Source of the DNA: Microgenomates group bacterium
Lineage (GTDB): Bacteria; Patescibacteriota; Microgenomatia; UBA12405
Length of the DNA stretch: 42,299 nt
Assembly: GCA_049303675.1 (NCBI GenBank)
Contig: JBAQNJ010000001.1
Coordinates: 956,001-998,299 of the forward strand
Direction of reading: 5' to 3'
The translations under genes were made by a program, and so were the position numbers. Shown here one piece after another: positions 1 to 9,001 of the stretch. The notes beneath the pieces were generated by a model. The model was not told where the DNA came from. It did no database searches and worked only from the letters and a program-made list of their open reading frames with translations. Position 1 is the first letter of the stretch, and each line of letters begins with the position of its first letter.

Positions 1-849
1 TGAGGTAGTATATGGTGGCAATGGGCTTCGACTAGTTTCCCGCTCATCTAAACTTTCCACCCTAAATTCTTTACTCAAACTTTTTACAAAAGTTTCCACT
101 TCTTCTTTGGTGGAGAAGATTGATTTCGTATAATTATATTCACCATCAAACAACTTAATTTTGTTCGATATATAGGCACTTTTACCATCAACCTTAAACA
201 AATCTGCTGTAAATCCAAGATCTGCACCGACTTTAAAATAACCTTCTTTGGTAAATTTATTTATTTCCTTTTCTCGCTCGACAATCAGCCGCAAAGCTAC
301 GCTCTGCACCCGCCCCGCCGATAATCCCCGCCGCACTTTTTTCCAAAGCACTGGCGACAATGTATAGCCGACTACCCGATCCAACACTCTCCTCCCCTGC
401 TGGGCATCTACCAAGTCCATATCAATTTCTCGGGCATGTTCTAGAGCTTCTTCTACTGCCGCCTTAGTAATTTCATGAAAACTCACCCTCGAAATATTTA
501 GGTTAGTTTTGAGTTTTGAGTTTTGAGTTTTGAGTTTCATTTCATGTGGATTTCTTAATAGCCAATCCACATGAAATGCTATCGCTTCACCCTCTCGGTC
601 TGGATCGGTCGCCAGATATATATTTTTTGCTTTTTTTGAGGCTGAAACTAGCGATGATACTACCGACTTTTTCCCCGAATCAGTAATATAATCAATTTCA
701 AAATCATGTTTTAAGTCCACCCCCATTTTAGATTTTGGTAGATCTCGCAAGTGACCAACAGTAGCAATTACCTCAAAATCCGTCCCCAAATATTTTCCAA
801 TTGTCCTCGCCTTTGTCGGCGACTCCACGATTAATAAATTTTTACTCAT
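1..849 (-). CDS. topA: DNA topoisomerase I, N-terminal part (C-terminus lies beyond the window start)
   Basis: Reverse translation from the ATG at 849-847 reads MSKNLLIVESPTKARTIGKYLG...DPDREGEAIAFH...RVSFHEITK...DAQQGRRVLDRVVGY, which are Toprim/type IA blocks. It is absent from the ORF track because it runs off the window edge. Confidence 0.9.
   Translation of the reverse strand, partial: MSKNLLIVESPTKARTIGKYLGTDFEVIATVGHLRDLPKSKMGVDLKHDFEIDYITDSGKKSVVSSLVSASKKAKNIYLATDPDREGEAIAFHVDWLLRNPHEMKLKTQNSKLKTNLNISRVSFHEITKAAVEEALEHAREIDMDLVDAQQGRRVLDRVVGYTLSPVLWKKVRRGLSAGRVQSVALRLIVEREKEINKFTKEGYFKVGADLGFTADLFKVDGKSAYISNKIKLFDGEYNYTKSIFSTKEEVETFVKSLSKEFRVESLDERETSRSPLPPYTTS
505..539. repeat. Tandem heptanucleotide array, AGTTTTG x5 (last copy degenerate), inside topA
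   Basis: Direct reading gives agttttg agttttg agttttg agttttg agtttca. On the coding strand it encodes KLKTQNSKLKT. Confidence 0.9.
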
Positions 850-852
850 TAT

Positions 853-887
853 ATTTAAAAATTAAAAATTTCAAATTAAAAATTGCG
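853..887. repeat. AT-rich heptad array (AATTNNN-type) in the topA upstream intergenic region
   Basis: Reads atttaaa aattaaa aatttca aattaaa aattgcg. It belongs to the same family as 7928-7962 and 9850-9884, in the opposite orientation. Confidence 0.7.
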
Positions 888-935
888 CCAAGCGCTTAGA
901 CATTGTCATCCATGTTATCACACCCTGTCAATCAC

Positions 936-1430
936 CTATTTTTTGCGAAACACAATTGCCTCTGTTTGACCAACCATAGTACGTCGCATTCCAAAGTCGG
1001 ACACACAGATTAAGTCATCACCATCTAGAGGTCTTACGTGTACCACATGGTTATACTTCTGTCCTTTCTTATCCTCAAGACTACCGAATATTACCACTTC
1101 ACTTCCCCTCAGACACTCTTCTTGTATACCTCGCGCGTCTAGCTTTTTATGTTCTGTTGTATAACCTCCAATTTTTCTGCCCATGGGTGAATCTACTTTT
1201 GCCAATATAGCCGGTAATTCTAAAACATTGTTAAGATCATCCGCAGCAGATGGAAATTTAATTTGTTGCTTCATCCTCTCTATTTTTATATCAAAATCAG
1301 GTTCTTCACCCACCACAGAGCCAAAAGCTCTGACTACACAAGAGGCTTCCTTTTCCAACAGTTTATAAACATCAGTAGTAATCCCCGTCCCACTTTGCTC
1401 TAAGAATCTATCTAGAAGACTTCTTGCCAT
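936..1430 (-). CDS. Hypothetical protein
   Basis: A 164-aa ORF that fills an otherwise empty interval. I recognised no motif. Confidence 0.5.
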   Translation of the reverse strand: MARSLLDRFLEQSGTGITTDVYKLLEKEASCVVRAFGSVVGEEPDFDIKIERMKQQIKFPSAADDLNNVLELPAILAKVDSPMGRKIGGYTTEHKKLDARGIQEECLRGSEVVIFGSLEDKKGQKYNHVVHVRPLDGDDLICVSDFGMRRTMVGQTEAIVFRKK

Positions 1431-1492
1431 ATATAAGGTATTTTAATCCAATTTCACTTAAATTACAACATTATAGGTTTACAAACTAGTTT

Positions 1493-3133
1493 TTACTTTT
1501 TCTCGGTATACCTCGGCACTAGTGTATTTGGTTCATTAAACCATTCTTTCAATATATCCCCCACAATTGGTGCGGCCACGTCCGACCCTTCTCCCCCTCG
1601 CTCTACCATCACTGTAATTGAAATTTCTGGATTATCCGCTGGTGCAAATGCTGTTAGCCATGCATGTGTATCCTTACTCCCATCACCCACTTCTGCCGTC
1701 CCTGTCTTGCAGGCCAATTTTGTCTTGAAATTAAATAATGGCCACGCCGTCCCCCCACTATGGCAGGCCTCATACATCCCCTCTTTGACTACTTCAATAT
1801 TGGCCAATTTAGCTCCAATACTTTGACAATTCGGTTTACTATTTTTCAAGATACTCATACTACATTTGACCCCATTATTGGCAATAATATTGGTACTCTG
1901 ATTTACTTGCAGTGGCGTGACTCCCAAAAACCCTTGTCCAATCGACAAATGGTATGTATCCCCCAAATACCACCGCTCCCCTTTATTCTCCTGTTTCCAC
2001 TTGTCACTCGGGTTTATCCCCGCCTGTTCACCCGCCAGTTCTACCCCCGTTTTGTCTCCATAACCAAACTTATCAGACCAATTATGGATATTGTCGACAC
2101 CGAGGCGCTCTCCTAACTTGTAAAAATAAATATCATTACTTCGTCGCAGTGCGCCCGTTACATTTACCATTCCATCTGTCACCCCTCCCTTGGTCCATGC
2201 CCAATTACTATAACTATAATCACCCACTTTAATAACTCCTGTATCTTCAATAGTAGTATTTTTATCAACCACCCCAGTCTCCATCCCCGCCGTGGCCATC
2301 ACCAATTTATAAACACTTCCTGGATGATACCTTGTCCCAATCGCTCTATTTAATAGTGGCAAATTGGCAGTATCCTCCAAATATGATTTAATCGCTTTGT
2401 TATCCTGTAAAAAGGAAAAATTGTTGGCATCAATTGACGGCGATGATACCATCACTAGAATTTTACCTGTTTTTGGTTCACTAATTATCACCACCGCCTT
2501 TCTCCCCCCCAACATTTGATAAATTTTCTCCTGCCAATAAGCATCGATACTTAGTTCAATCTTTTTTCCCCCCACCGGCACCTCGCGTCCTAATTCTCTA
2601 ACATATTTTCCCTTAGCATCAATTTCTACCAATCTTCTCCCTGAAATTCCTCGTAGTTCACAGTCCAAATATTCTTCCACGCCTCCGCGACCAATAACAT
2701 CATCATTTCTCAACTTCAGTCCACTACAAGTACTCATTCCTTTTTCAGACTCATTAATTAGCCCCACATATCCTGTCAGCAGACCCATACTTTCCTTATA
2801 ATTATATTGTCTTTTTATATCCCAATATCTATCCTTACCTTCAAACTTGGCTCCTTCATAATCACCACTATTTAGATATTCCTTCTGACCATCCACCGTT
2901 TGCCAAAACTGATAAATACTTTTGGCCACCAGCCTCCCTTTCCTATCCACTATCTCCCCCCGACTAGCCGGTAATATTGTCTCCACAATTTTGTTATCAA
3001 ACGCCAGTCCCCGATAAAAACTTCCTCGAATAACCGACACCCTCACAATTGCCACCCCCAAAATCCCAAAAGTAGCCACTAAGCCCCAATTCAACAGCCA
3101 ATATTGCCAATCATTATTTTCATCTCTAGTCAT
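1493..3133 (-). CDS. mrdA: Penicillin-binding protein 2 (class B transpeptidase)
   Basis: Has an N-terminal TM segment and the motifs SVYK (SxxK), SND (SxN) and KTGTA (KTG). It overlaps mreB by 1 nt. Confidence 0.9.
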   Translation of the reverse strand: MTRDENNDWQYWLLNWGLVATFGILGVAIVRVSVIRGSFYRGLAFDNKIVETILPASRGEIVDRKGRLVAKSIYQFWQTVDGQKEYLNSGDYEGAKFEGKDRYWDIKRQYNYKESMGLLTGYVGLINESEKGMSTCSGLKLRNDDVIGRGGVEEYLDCELRGISGRRLVEIDAKGKYVRELGREVPVGGKKIELSIDAYWQEKIYQMLGGRKAVVIISEPKTGKILVMVSSPSIDANNFSFLQDNKAIKSYLEDTANLPLLNRAIGTRYHPGSVYKLVMATAGMETGVVDKNTTIEDTGVIKVGDYSYSNWAWTKGGVTDGMVNVTGALRRSNDIYFYKLGERLGVDNIHNWSDKFGYGDKTGVELAGEQAGINPSDKWKQENKGERWYLGDTYHLSIGQGFLGVTPLQVNQSTNIIANNGVKCSMSILKNSKPNCQSIGAKLANIEVVKEGMYEACHSGGTAWPLFNFKTKLACKTGTAEVGDGSKDTHAWLTAFAPADNPEISITVMVERGGEGSDVAAPIVGDILKEWFNEPNTLVPRYTEKK

Positions 3134-4263
3134 TATCCAGAAATTTGTCGAATACTGCTAAATAATTCCCTGTCCTCCATCAATCTACCACAACCTTTGA
3201 TGACACATAATCCGGCATCATCAGCCAGCTGGGTAGCTATCTTGGTTTCTTTTTCGATCATCCGGTCCAAGCCTTTTATCCTCGCACCATTACCTACCAA
3301 TATTATGCCTCTTTTCAAGATGTCATCCATCAATTCTGGCGGTGTCTCATCCAACTCTTCTTTTATTAATTTAATTATTTTTTGAACTTCCAAAATTATC
3401 GACTCTCTAATTTCGTTTTCATTCACCTTAATTGATTTGGGTAAACCAGTTTCTAGACTTCTACCTCTCAAGACAATTTCTCTTGGCCCCTTACTGGTCT
3501 CATTGAGGTTGCCCAGTTCCACTTTGGACTTCTCGGCAGTTGTCTGGCCAATTAGCAAACTATACTTCATTCGAATATAGTTGATAATCGCTAGATCAAA
3601 ATCACCACTCGAAGTCTTTATTCCCTTCCCCACCACTACCCCTCCCATGCTAATTACCCCCACCTCAGTCTTGCCCCCACCCACATCGACAATCATCATT
3701 CCTGAGTTTTTTCGCGTTGGCAGACCAATTCCCACAGCCGCCAGCACCAACCCTTCCACCAACACCACTTCTGCCGCTCCCGAAGCTATAAACACCGATT
3801 TTACCGCTCTTTTTTGAACATCTGTTGTCGTCCCTGGTACCGACACAATAATTCTTGGTTTGAATATTTTTGGGTAAGTACTGGGTATTTCATAAATTAA
3901 TTTCAGATAATAAGACACCAGCAACTCCAAAGCCTCTAGGTCCGAGATAATACCATTTTTAATTGGCCCAATCACTTCTATTTGTCGCGGCTCTCGGTTC
4001 AGCATTTCCTTAGCCTTGTATCCATAGGCCACAATTTTATTACCTCCCCATTTTGGCGCCGACAATCCCGTCCACCTTTTTTTACGCAAGCGGGCCACCA
4101 TCGTTGGTTCATCCACCACAATTCCCCGATCGTTTAAAAGGAGCAAAGTATTACTTGTTCCTAGGTCTACTCCTATATCCCAATAAAAGTTAGCCACCAT
4201 CCCTCTACCTTTTTGAATTATCGTTTGCCAGTATCCCACAGTAAAATTATATAATAAACTCAA
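3133..4263 (-). CDS. mreB: Rod-shape actin homologue MreB (start more likely the ATG at 4200, MVANFYWDIGVDLGTSNT)
   Basis: Contains the actin/Hsp70-fold phosphate motifs DLGTSNT and VDVGGGKTEV. It is adjacent to PBP2. Confidence 0.9.
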   Translation of the reverse strand: MSLLYNFTVGYWQTIIQKGRGMVANFYWDIGVDLGTSNTLLLLNDRGIVVDEPTMVARLRKKRWTGLSAPKWGGNKIVAYGYKAKEMLNREPRQIEVIGPIKNGIISDLEALELLVSYYLKLIYEIPSTYPKIFKPRIIVSVPGTTTDVQKRAVKSVFIASGAAEVVLVEGLVLAAVGIGLPTRKNSGMMIVDVGGGKTEVGVISMGGVVVGKGIKTSSGDFDLAIINYIRMKYSLLIGQTTAEKSKVELGNLNETSKGPREIVLRGRSLETGLPKSIKVNENEIRESIILEVQKIIKLIKEELDETPPELMDDILKRGIILVGNGARIKGLDRMIEKETKIATQLADDAGLCVIKGCGRLMEDRELFSSIRQISG

Positions 4264-4272
4264 GCACCACTT

Positions 4273-6141
4273 ATGATTAACTTTCTCTATACCTCTCTTT
4301 TCTTCTTCACCCCGCTCATTTTTAGCCTAGTCAATTCCGAGCAATTCGAAATTCCTAAGATGTATTTTGTCTATTTTATGACTCTGGCCATACTGACTAC
4401 CCATCTTTTCAATTATCTACGCGGCAAATCACCCCTAATTAAAATTACCCCACTTCTGTGGCCACTTCTAATATTTTTATTTTTCCAAACTATCTCTTAT
4501 ATTTTTAGTATTGATCCTCATACTTCCTTCTATGGCTATTATTCCCGCCTCAATGGCGGTCTACTCTCACTTTTTTGCTACACCATCCTCTATTTAATTC
4601 TCACCATCTATAATGACACCAAATTAACTTCCCAAATTATTCGTTACAGCCTGTTGTCAGGATTAATTATTGCCCTCTACGGCATTCTCGAGCATTTTGG
4701 TATCGACAAAAATCTCTGGAACAAAGATGTCCAAGCTCGTGTTTTTAGTACCCTCGGCCAGCCTAACTGGTTGGCCGCTTATCTCTGCATCCTCCTCCCC
4801 TTTTCCCTCGACAAATTTCTCTCTTCAAACACAAGGATACTTAATACTTACTACTTAATACTTAACACCGTCCTCTATCTCTGCCTTCTCTTTACCGGCT
4901 CCAAATCTGGCCTCCTTGCAGCAGTCATTTCACTTAGCATCCAAAGTCTCCTCTACCTCTCTAAAAACAAATTCATACCACCTCTTCGTTTTTACTTTTG
5001 TCTTTTTGCTTTTGTTTTTTTATCACTAGTGATTCCCAATCCCATCAAAGACTATTTCCAGTCCCATTTTATACCTAATACCAAATACTTGATACCTAAT
5101 ACAAATTTAAACATCACTCCGTCCGAGGATATCCGTAAAATAGTTTGGCAAGGCAGTGTCAAGTTATGGCACCAATTTCCCTATTTTGGCACCGGTCCGG
5201 AAACTTTTGCTTATTCCTATTATTGGACCCGCCCCGCCAGTCACAATCTGACCTCTGAATGGAATTTCTATTACAACAAAGCCCACAACGAGTATCTCAA
5301 TTATCTGGCCACCACCGGTACTTTTGGCTTTCTATCATATCTTATTTTAATTTTTTCTATCTTATACTTAATACGTAATACTATCTACTTAATACCTTTT
5401 CTCTCTATTTTAATCACCAATTTTTTTGGCTTTTCGGTAGTGGTCACCTCCCTCTATTTTTTTCTTCTTCCAGCGATGATTGTTGTTCCATCAAATTTCA
5501 ATATCACCAAATCAAAAAACATTTTATATTTTGTTATTCTAGTTTCTAGTTTCTTGTTTCTAGTATCAAAGTTATTTATGTATCTTCTCGCCGATATCGC
5601 CTATGCCCACCCCACCCCCACTACTCTCCGCTTTGCCCTCAACATCCGTCCCGACGAAGCCCTCTATCACAGTAAATATGCCCAGTTATTGGCCGAAAAT
5701 GATGCCAACACTCACGACAAACAACATCTCACCACTATTGTTGAGTCACTAGGCTTAGCTACCAAGCTCTCACCCTTCAATTTAAATTTGTGGAAAGAAC
5801 GGGCCCATACATACTATTATTTATCGACTATTGATTCTTCGTATTATGTCTACGCTCTCGACGCCATTACTAAGGCCACCAAATTGGCACCCACCGATGC
5901 TTCCTCATTTTATTTTCTAGGCAAACTTTACCAAAATATTTCCGATACCGACAAAGCCATTATTAATTATCAGGAGGCCATCCGTCTCAAATCCAATTAC
6001 GACCACGCCACTTTTGCCCTCGGTGAACTTTATTATCAGCAAAAAAAATACGATCTAGCCCGTCCTCTACTCGATAAAACCCTTGAAATCGCCCCCCAGA
6101 ATCCCGATGCCAAAAAATATTTAAACTTGATCAATCACTGA
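4273..6141 (+). CDS. Polytopic membrane protein, O-antigen ligase/polymerase-like, with C-terminal TPR repeats
   Basis: Many TM helices are followed by TPR-like repeats (YYFLGKLYQNISDTDKAIINYQEAIRLKSNYDHATFALGELYYQQKKYDLA). The family call is from memory. Confidence 0.65.
   Translation: MINFLYTSLFFFTPLIFSLVNSEQFEIPKMYFVYFMTLAILTTHLFNYLRGKSPLIKITPLLWPLLIFLFFQTISYIFSIDPHTSFYGYYSRLNGGLLSLFCYTILYLILTIYNDTKLTSQIIRYSLLSGLIIALYGILEHFGIDKNLWNKDVQARVFSTLGQPNWLAAYLCILLPFSLDKFLSSNTRILNTYYLILNTVLYLCLLFTGSKSGLLAAVISLSIQSLLYLSKNKFIPPLRFYFCLFAFVFLSLVIPNPIKDYFQSHFIPNTKYLIPNTNLNITPSEDIRKIVWQGSVKLWHQFPYFGTGPETFAYSYYWTRPASHNLTSEWNFYYNKAHNEYLNYLATTGTFGFLSYLILIFSILYLIRNTIYLIPFLSILITNFFGFSVVVTSLYFFLLPAMIVVPSNFNITKSKNILYFVILVSSFLFLVSKLFMYLLADIAYAHPTPTTLRFALNIRPDEALYHSKYAQLLAENDANTHDKQHLTTIVESLGLATKLSPFNLNLWKERAHTYYYLSTIDSSYYVYALDAITKATKLAPTDASSFYFLGKLYQNISDTDKAIINYQEAIRLKSNYDHATFALGELYYQQKKYDLARPLLDKTLEIAPQNPDAKKYLNLINH
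4835..4869. repeat. Tandem heptad array, AATACTT family
   Basis: Reads gatactt aatactt actactt aatactt aacacc. It lies in frame in the membrane protein and encodes RILNTYYLILNT. Confidence 0.85.
5071..5102. repeat. Tandem heptad array, AATACTT/AATACCT family
   Basis: Reads atacct aatacca aatactt gatacct aatac and encodes IPNTKYLIPNT. Confidence 0.85.
5363..5397. repeat. Tandem heptad array, AATACTT family
   Basis: Reads tatactt aatacgt aatacta tctactt aatacct and encodes LYLIRNTIYLIP. Confidence 0.85.
5540..5567. repeat. Tandem heptad array, TAGTTTC family
   Basis: Reads tagtttc tagtttc ttgtttc tagtatc and encodes VSSFLFLVS. Confidence 0.85.
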
Positions 6142-6206
6142 TCCCTATTTACCTTGAGGCGTCTCTACAAAATTAATTACACATTACTTCCAAGCTATAA
6201 AAATAT

Positions 6207-6434
6207 TTATTGCTTCTTTCTCAACCCCTCAAAATAATATCTCCCTTTCGGTAACCCTGGGATTCGCCGCATCACTTCTAAGTCAAATATATCTTGCACC
6301 AATCCCAATTTATTACCCACGTCATATTGACGGGCAATAATATCCATCTTTTCATTTGTCAGATCCTCTCCCGACCGAGCACGGATGATACATTCACCCG
6401 CCGCCAGTTCAGCCTTTAATAACGTATCTTTCAT
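6207..6434 (-). CDS. Hypothetical small protein, translationally coupled to def
   Basis: A 75-aa ORF whose start overlaps the def stop at 6434. Confidence 0.4.
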   Translation of the reverse strand: MKDTLLKAELAAGECIIRARSGEDLTNEKMDIIARQYDVGNKLGLVQDIFDLEVMRRIPGLPKGRYYFEGLRKKQ

Positions 6435-7018
6435 TATTCTAAGTCGACTATTTCATCTATGTTGATTTTTATTTTTTTATCTTTCTCCCAGCTATAGATA
6501 TCGCCCTTTTCTTCCTTAATGTGGTCAATAAACAATATCCCATCTAAATGATCCAATTCATGTTGATAGGCAATCGCTTCTATTCCTTCCAAAATTTTGT
6601 TTTTTACTACTAGTACGAACACGCCTTGGCGTGTTCCTACAACTTCTTGCCATTGTGTCTCTATTTTCAAATATCTTTTGACCGATCCAAAAAGATTGGG
6701 GAATGACAGACACCCCTCCAGAAAATCTTCTTTTTCTCCATTGTCGTAGACCATCACTGGTCGCGTCTTCTCTCCAAATGTTCGGACAATTTTTGGATTG
6801 ACGAATATCTTTAGTTCTCTTTTGTTACTCACTACCAATCCAAAAAATCTTTTGGCCACATCTATTTGGGGCGCCGCCAAACCAGCCGCATGTGCTCGCT
6901 CATTCGACAATATTTTTCGGAGATCATCGATATCGCCCAACAGTTCTTGATCAACCACGACTATTTCTGGAGTTTTTATCCTCAACACCTTAGTGGGATA
7001 ATTCACAATTTTCTTCAT
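6434..7018 (-). CDS. def: Peptide deformylase
   Basis: Contains the three deformylase motifs GLAAPQI, EGCLSFP and HELDHL. Confidence 0.9.
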   Translation of the reverse strand: MKKIVNYPTKVLRIKTPEIVVVDQELLGDIDDLRKILSNERAHAAGLAAPQIDVAKRFFGLVVSNKRELKIFVNPKIVRTFGEKTRPVMVYDNGEKEDFLEGCLSFPNLFGSVKRYLKIETQWQEVVGTRQGVFVLVVKNKILEGIEAIAYQHELDHLDGILFIDHIKEEKGDIYSWEKDKKIKINIDEIVDLE

Positions 7019-7054
7019 ACCTACCCTATTTTATCAAAAAAGTTATAATCAATC

Positions 7055-7891
7055 ATGATTTCAGTTGTCTTCTTCGGCTCCTTCCAAAATTACTCAGTTC
7101 AGTTTTTAGAAAAACTCCACCAAAACTCAAATATCAAAATTGTCGCCGTCATCACCACTCCTCCCCGACCCGCTAATCACGGTGTAATTACCAAAACCGC
7201 AGTTCATACATATTGTGAATCAGAAAATATACCGATCTTCCCACTTGAAGATCTCAATAATATCCCCAACATTGACAAGCCTGACTTTATCGTTGTCGCC
7301 GGATTCGGCCAATTGATAAATGATAGATGGCTAAATTATTGTAAATACATGGCTATCAATTTTCACCCCTCTCTCCTGCCTGCCTATGCCGGTCGCTTCC
7401 CCATCGAATGGGCTATCCTCAATAGTGAAACTACCATCGGGCTCAGCCTCATCAAAATGTCTCCCCAATTTGATAAAGGCGATATTCTTGCCCAGAAATC
7501 TCTACAACTATTACCCACAGATACCAAAGAATCTTTGTATTTTCATCTCTATCAAATAGGTGCCCAAACATTTATCGAATCAATTCCCTCACTAATTTCC
7601 AGTAAAATCACCCCCACTCCTCAAACTGGTAGTGGATTTTATGCTCGTCAAATCACCAAAAATGACGGATTTATCGACAATCTTGACAATATTAAAAATA
7701 AGCTACGCGCCCTGAACCCTTGGCCCGGAGTTTGGACCTATGTTTACGACAAAACGGGACATCAGTTAAAAATGAAAATCATTTCCGTCACTCAAAATAA
7801 TCAGAAAACAGAATTTGAAAACGTCCTTATCGAAGGCAAAAAACCTACTTTATGGTCTCAAATTTCCTCTCACTATTCTTTAACTAAATAA
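7055..7891 (+). CDS. fmt: Methionyl-tRNA formyltransferase
   Basis: Contains the formyltransferase core NFHPSLLPAYAG. It is divergent from def. Confidence 0.85.
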   Translation: MISVVFFGSFQNYSVQFLEKLHQNSNIKIVAVITTPPRPANHGVITKTAVHTYCESENIPIFPLEDLNNIPNIDKPDFIVVAGFGQLINDRWLNYCKYMAINFHPSLLPAYAGRFPIEWAILNSETTIGLSLIKMSPQFDKGDILAQKSLQLLPTDTKESLYFHLYQIGAQTFIESIPSLISSKITPTPQTGSGFYARQITKNDGFIDNLDNIKNKLRALNPWPGVWTYVYDKTGHQLKMKIISVTQNNQKTEFENVLIEGKKPTLWSQISSHYSLTK

Positions 7892-7927
7892 AATATCGTT
7901 CCATGTTTTATCCCCAGTTTTCCACCT

Positions 7928-7962
7928 AATTTAAAATTTAAAATTTTAAATTTGAAATTATT
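7928..7962. repeat. AT-rich heptad array (AATTTNA x5)
   Basis: Reads aatttaa aatttaa aatttta aatttga aattatt. The 25-mer aatttaaaattttaaatttgaaatt (7935-7959) recurs exactly at 9850-9874. Confidence 0.85.
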
Positions 7963-8021
7963 TTCTGTGCTTTTTATACTTAATTATCTATTATTTCACC
8001 CATCTTATTGACAAATAAATT

Positions 8022-8050
8022 TTGACAAAAGTTTGTTAATTCTCTTTAAT
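8022..8050 (+). promoter_or_regulatory. Candidate sigma70-type promoter for the small Lys-rich ORF
   Basis: TTGACA (8022-8027), a 17-nt spacer, then TTTAAT (8045-8050). Confidence 0.35.
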
Positions 8051-8074
8051 TAACTAAAGGAGGAATCAATAATT

Positions 8075-8167
8075 ATGGCAGTCAAAAAGAAAGCAAAAAA
8101 AGTAGCTAAGAAAGTCGTCAAAAAAGTAGCTAAGAAAAAAACCGTCAAGAAAGCTAAGAAGAAATAA
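8075..8167 (+). CDS. 30-aa lysine-rich small protein (MAVKKKAKKVAKKVVKKVAKKKTVKKAKKK)
   Basis: The Shine-Dalgarno sequence AAGGAGG (8057-8063) lies 11 nt upstream of the ATG. The protein has 17 Lys in 30 residues and is followed by a hairpin terminator. It is too short for the ORF track. Confidence 0.5.
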   Translation: MAVKKKAKKVAKKVVKKVAKKKTVKKAKKK

Positions 8168-8179
8168 TTTCTGACAAAA

Positions 8180-8215
8180 TAAAAAACGGCGCAATTAAAC
8201 CTGTGCCGTTTTTTG
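8180..8215. terminator. Bidirectional intrinsic terminator shared by the Lys-rich ORF and rpmB
   Basis: Stem cggcgca (8187-8193) pairs with tgtgccg (8202-8208), with one G-U pair. An A-run lies on the left and a T-run on the right. The right arm encodes the last rpmB codons. Confidence 0.6.
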
Positions 8216-8401
8216 TTTGACTTCGCGCTTCAGAGATTTGAGACACTTACTACAAAAACTGCCGCCGATTTTATTTTCCCCTACTCTTAAACTAACCTTG
8301 TGAATATTGGCTTTAAATGTCCGTGCGGTTCGATTTTGAGCGTGTGAACGATTGCGTCCAATTGCTGTACCTTTGCCGCATAAACTACATGTGTTACTCA
8401 T
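8195..8401 (-). CDS. rpmB: 50S ribosomal protein L28
   Basis: MSNTCSLCGKGTAIGRNRSHAQNRTARTFKANIHKV is the typical L28 N-terminus. Confidence 0.9.
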   Translation of the reverse strand: MSNTCSLCGKGTAIGRNRSHAQNRTARTFKANIHKVSLRVGENKIGGSFCSKCLKSLKREVKQKTAQV

Positions 8402-8416
8402 GGGTTATACTATAAC

Positions 8417-9001
8417 ATGGATTTAGCCTTTTTGAATAGCCTAATTTTTTTTGTCGGACTGATTATCGCCATTACCATCCATGAGTTTTCCCACGCCTTT
8501 ACTGCTGATTATTTTGGTGACCCCACCCCTCGATCCTATGGCCGAGTCACCCTCAACCCACTTGCCCACCTCGACCCCCTCGGAACTCTCATGCTCTTCG
8601 TCGCTCATTTTGGTTGGGGCAAGCCGGTACCTGTCGACCCCTACAATCTCAGCAAAAGAGAAGATATTCTCGTTGCTCTCGCTGGCCCCGCTAGCAATTT
8701 ACTTTTAGCCTGCTTGTTGGCTGTTGTCATTCGATTTGTCCCCTTATCTTTCATCGCCATTTTTATCCAAACTAATATAGTATTAGCTGTCTTCAACCTC
8801 TTGCCCATACCCCCCCTCGACGGTTCCAAAATATTTTTAAATATTCTGCCTGAAAACCAATCTTATGAATGGCAAAAAGCCTTTGAACAATATGGATTTA
8901 TCCTCCTCGCTGTCCTCCTCTTCCTCCCCATTGGTGGTTCCAATATCATCTCCCTAATCATCTCCCCTGTCATTGGCTTAATTCTCAATCTGTTACTTTG
9001 A
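8417..9001 (+). CDS. Site-2 protease family (M50) membrane zinc metalloprotease
   Basis: Has HEFSH (HExxH) within a TM helix, several TM segments, and the NLLPIPPLDG motif. Confidence 0.8.
   Translation: MDLAFLNSLIFFVGLIIAITIHEFSHAFTADYFGDPTPRSYGRVTLNPLAHLDPLGTLMLFVAHFGWGKPVPVDPYNLSKREDILVALAGPASNLLLACLLAVVIRFVPLSFIAIFIQTNIVLAVFNLLPIPPLDGSKIFLNILPENQSYEWQKAFEQYGFILLAVLLFLPIGGSNIISLIISPVIGLILNLLL

Noticed and set aside
1183-4858. Numerous 60-120-aa ORFs antisense to, or in alternative frames of, mrdA, mreB and the membrane protein (for example 1760-2116, 1954-2232, 3104-3385, 3581-3817, 4670-4858).
   Set aside because: They lie entirely within strongly supported genes and have proline/serine/threonine-rich, low-complexity translations typical of shadow frames.
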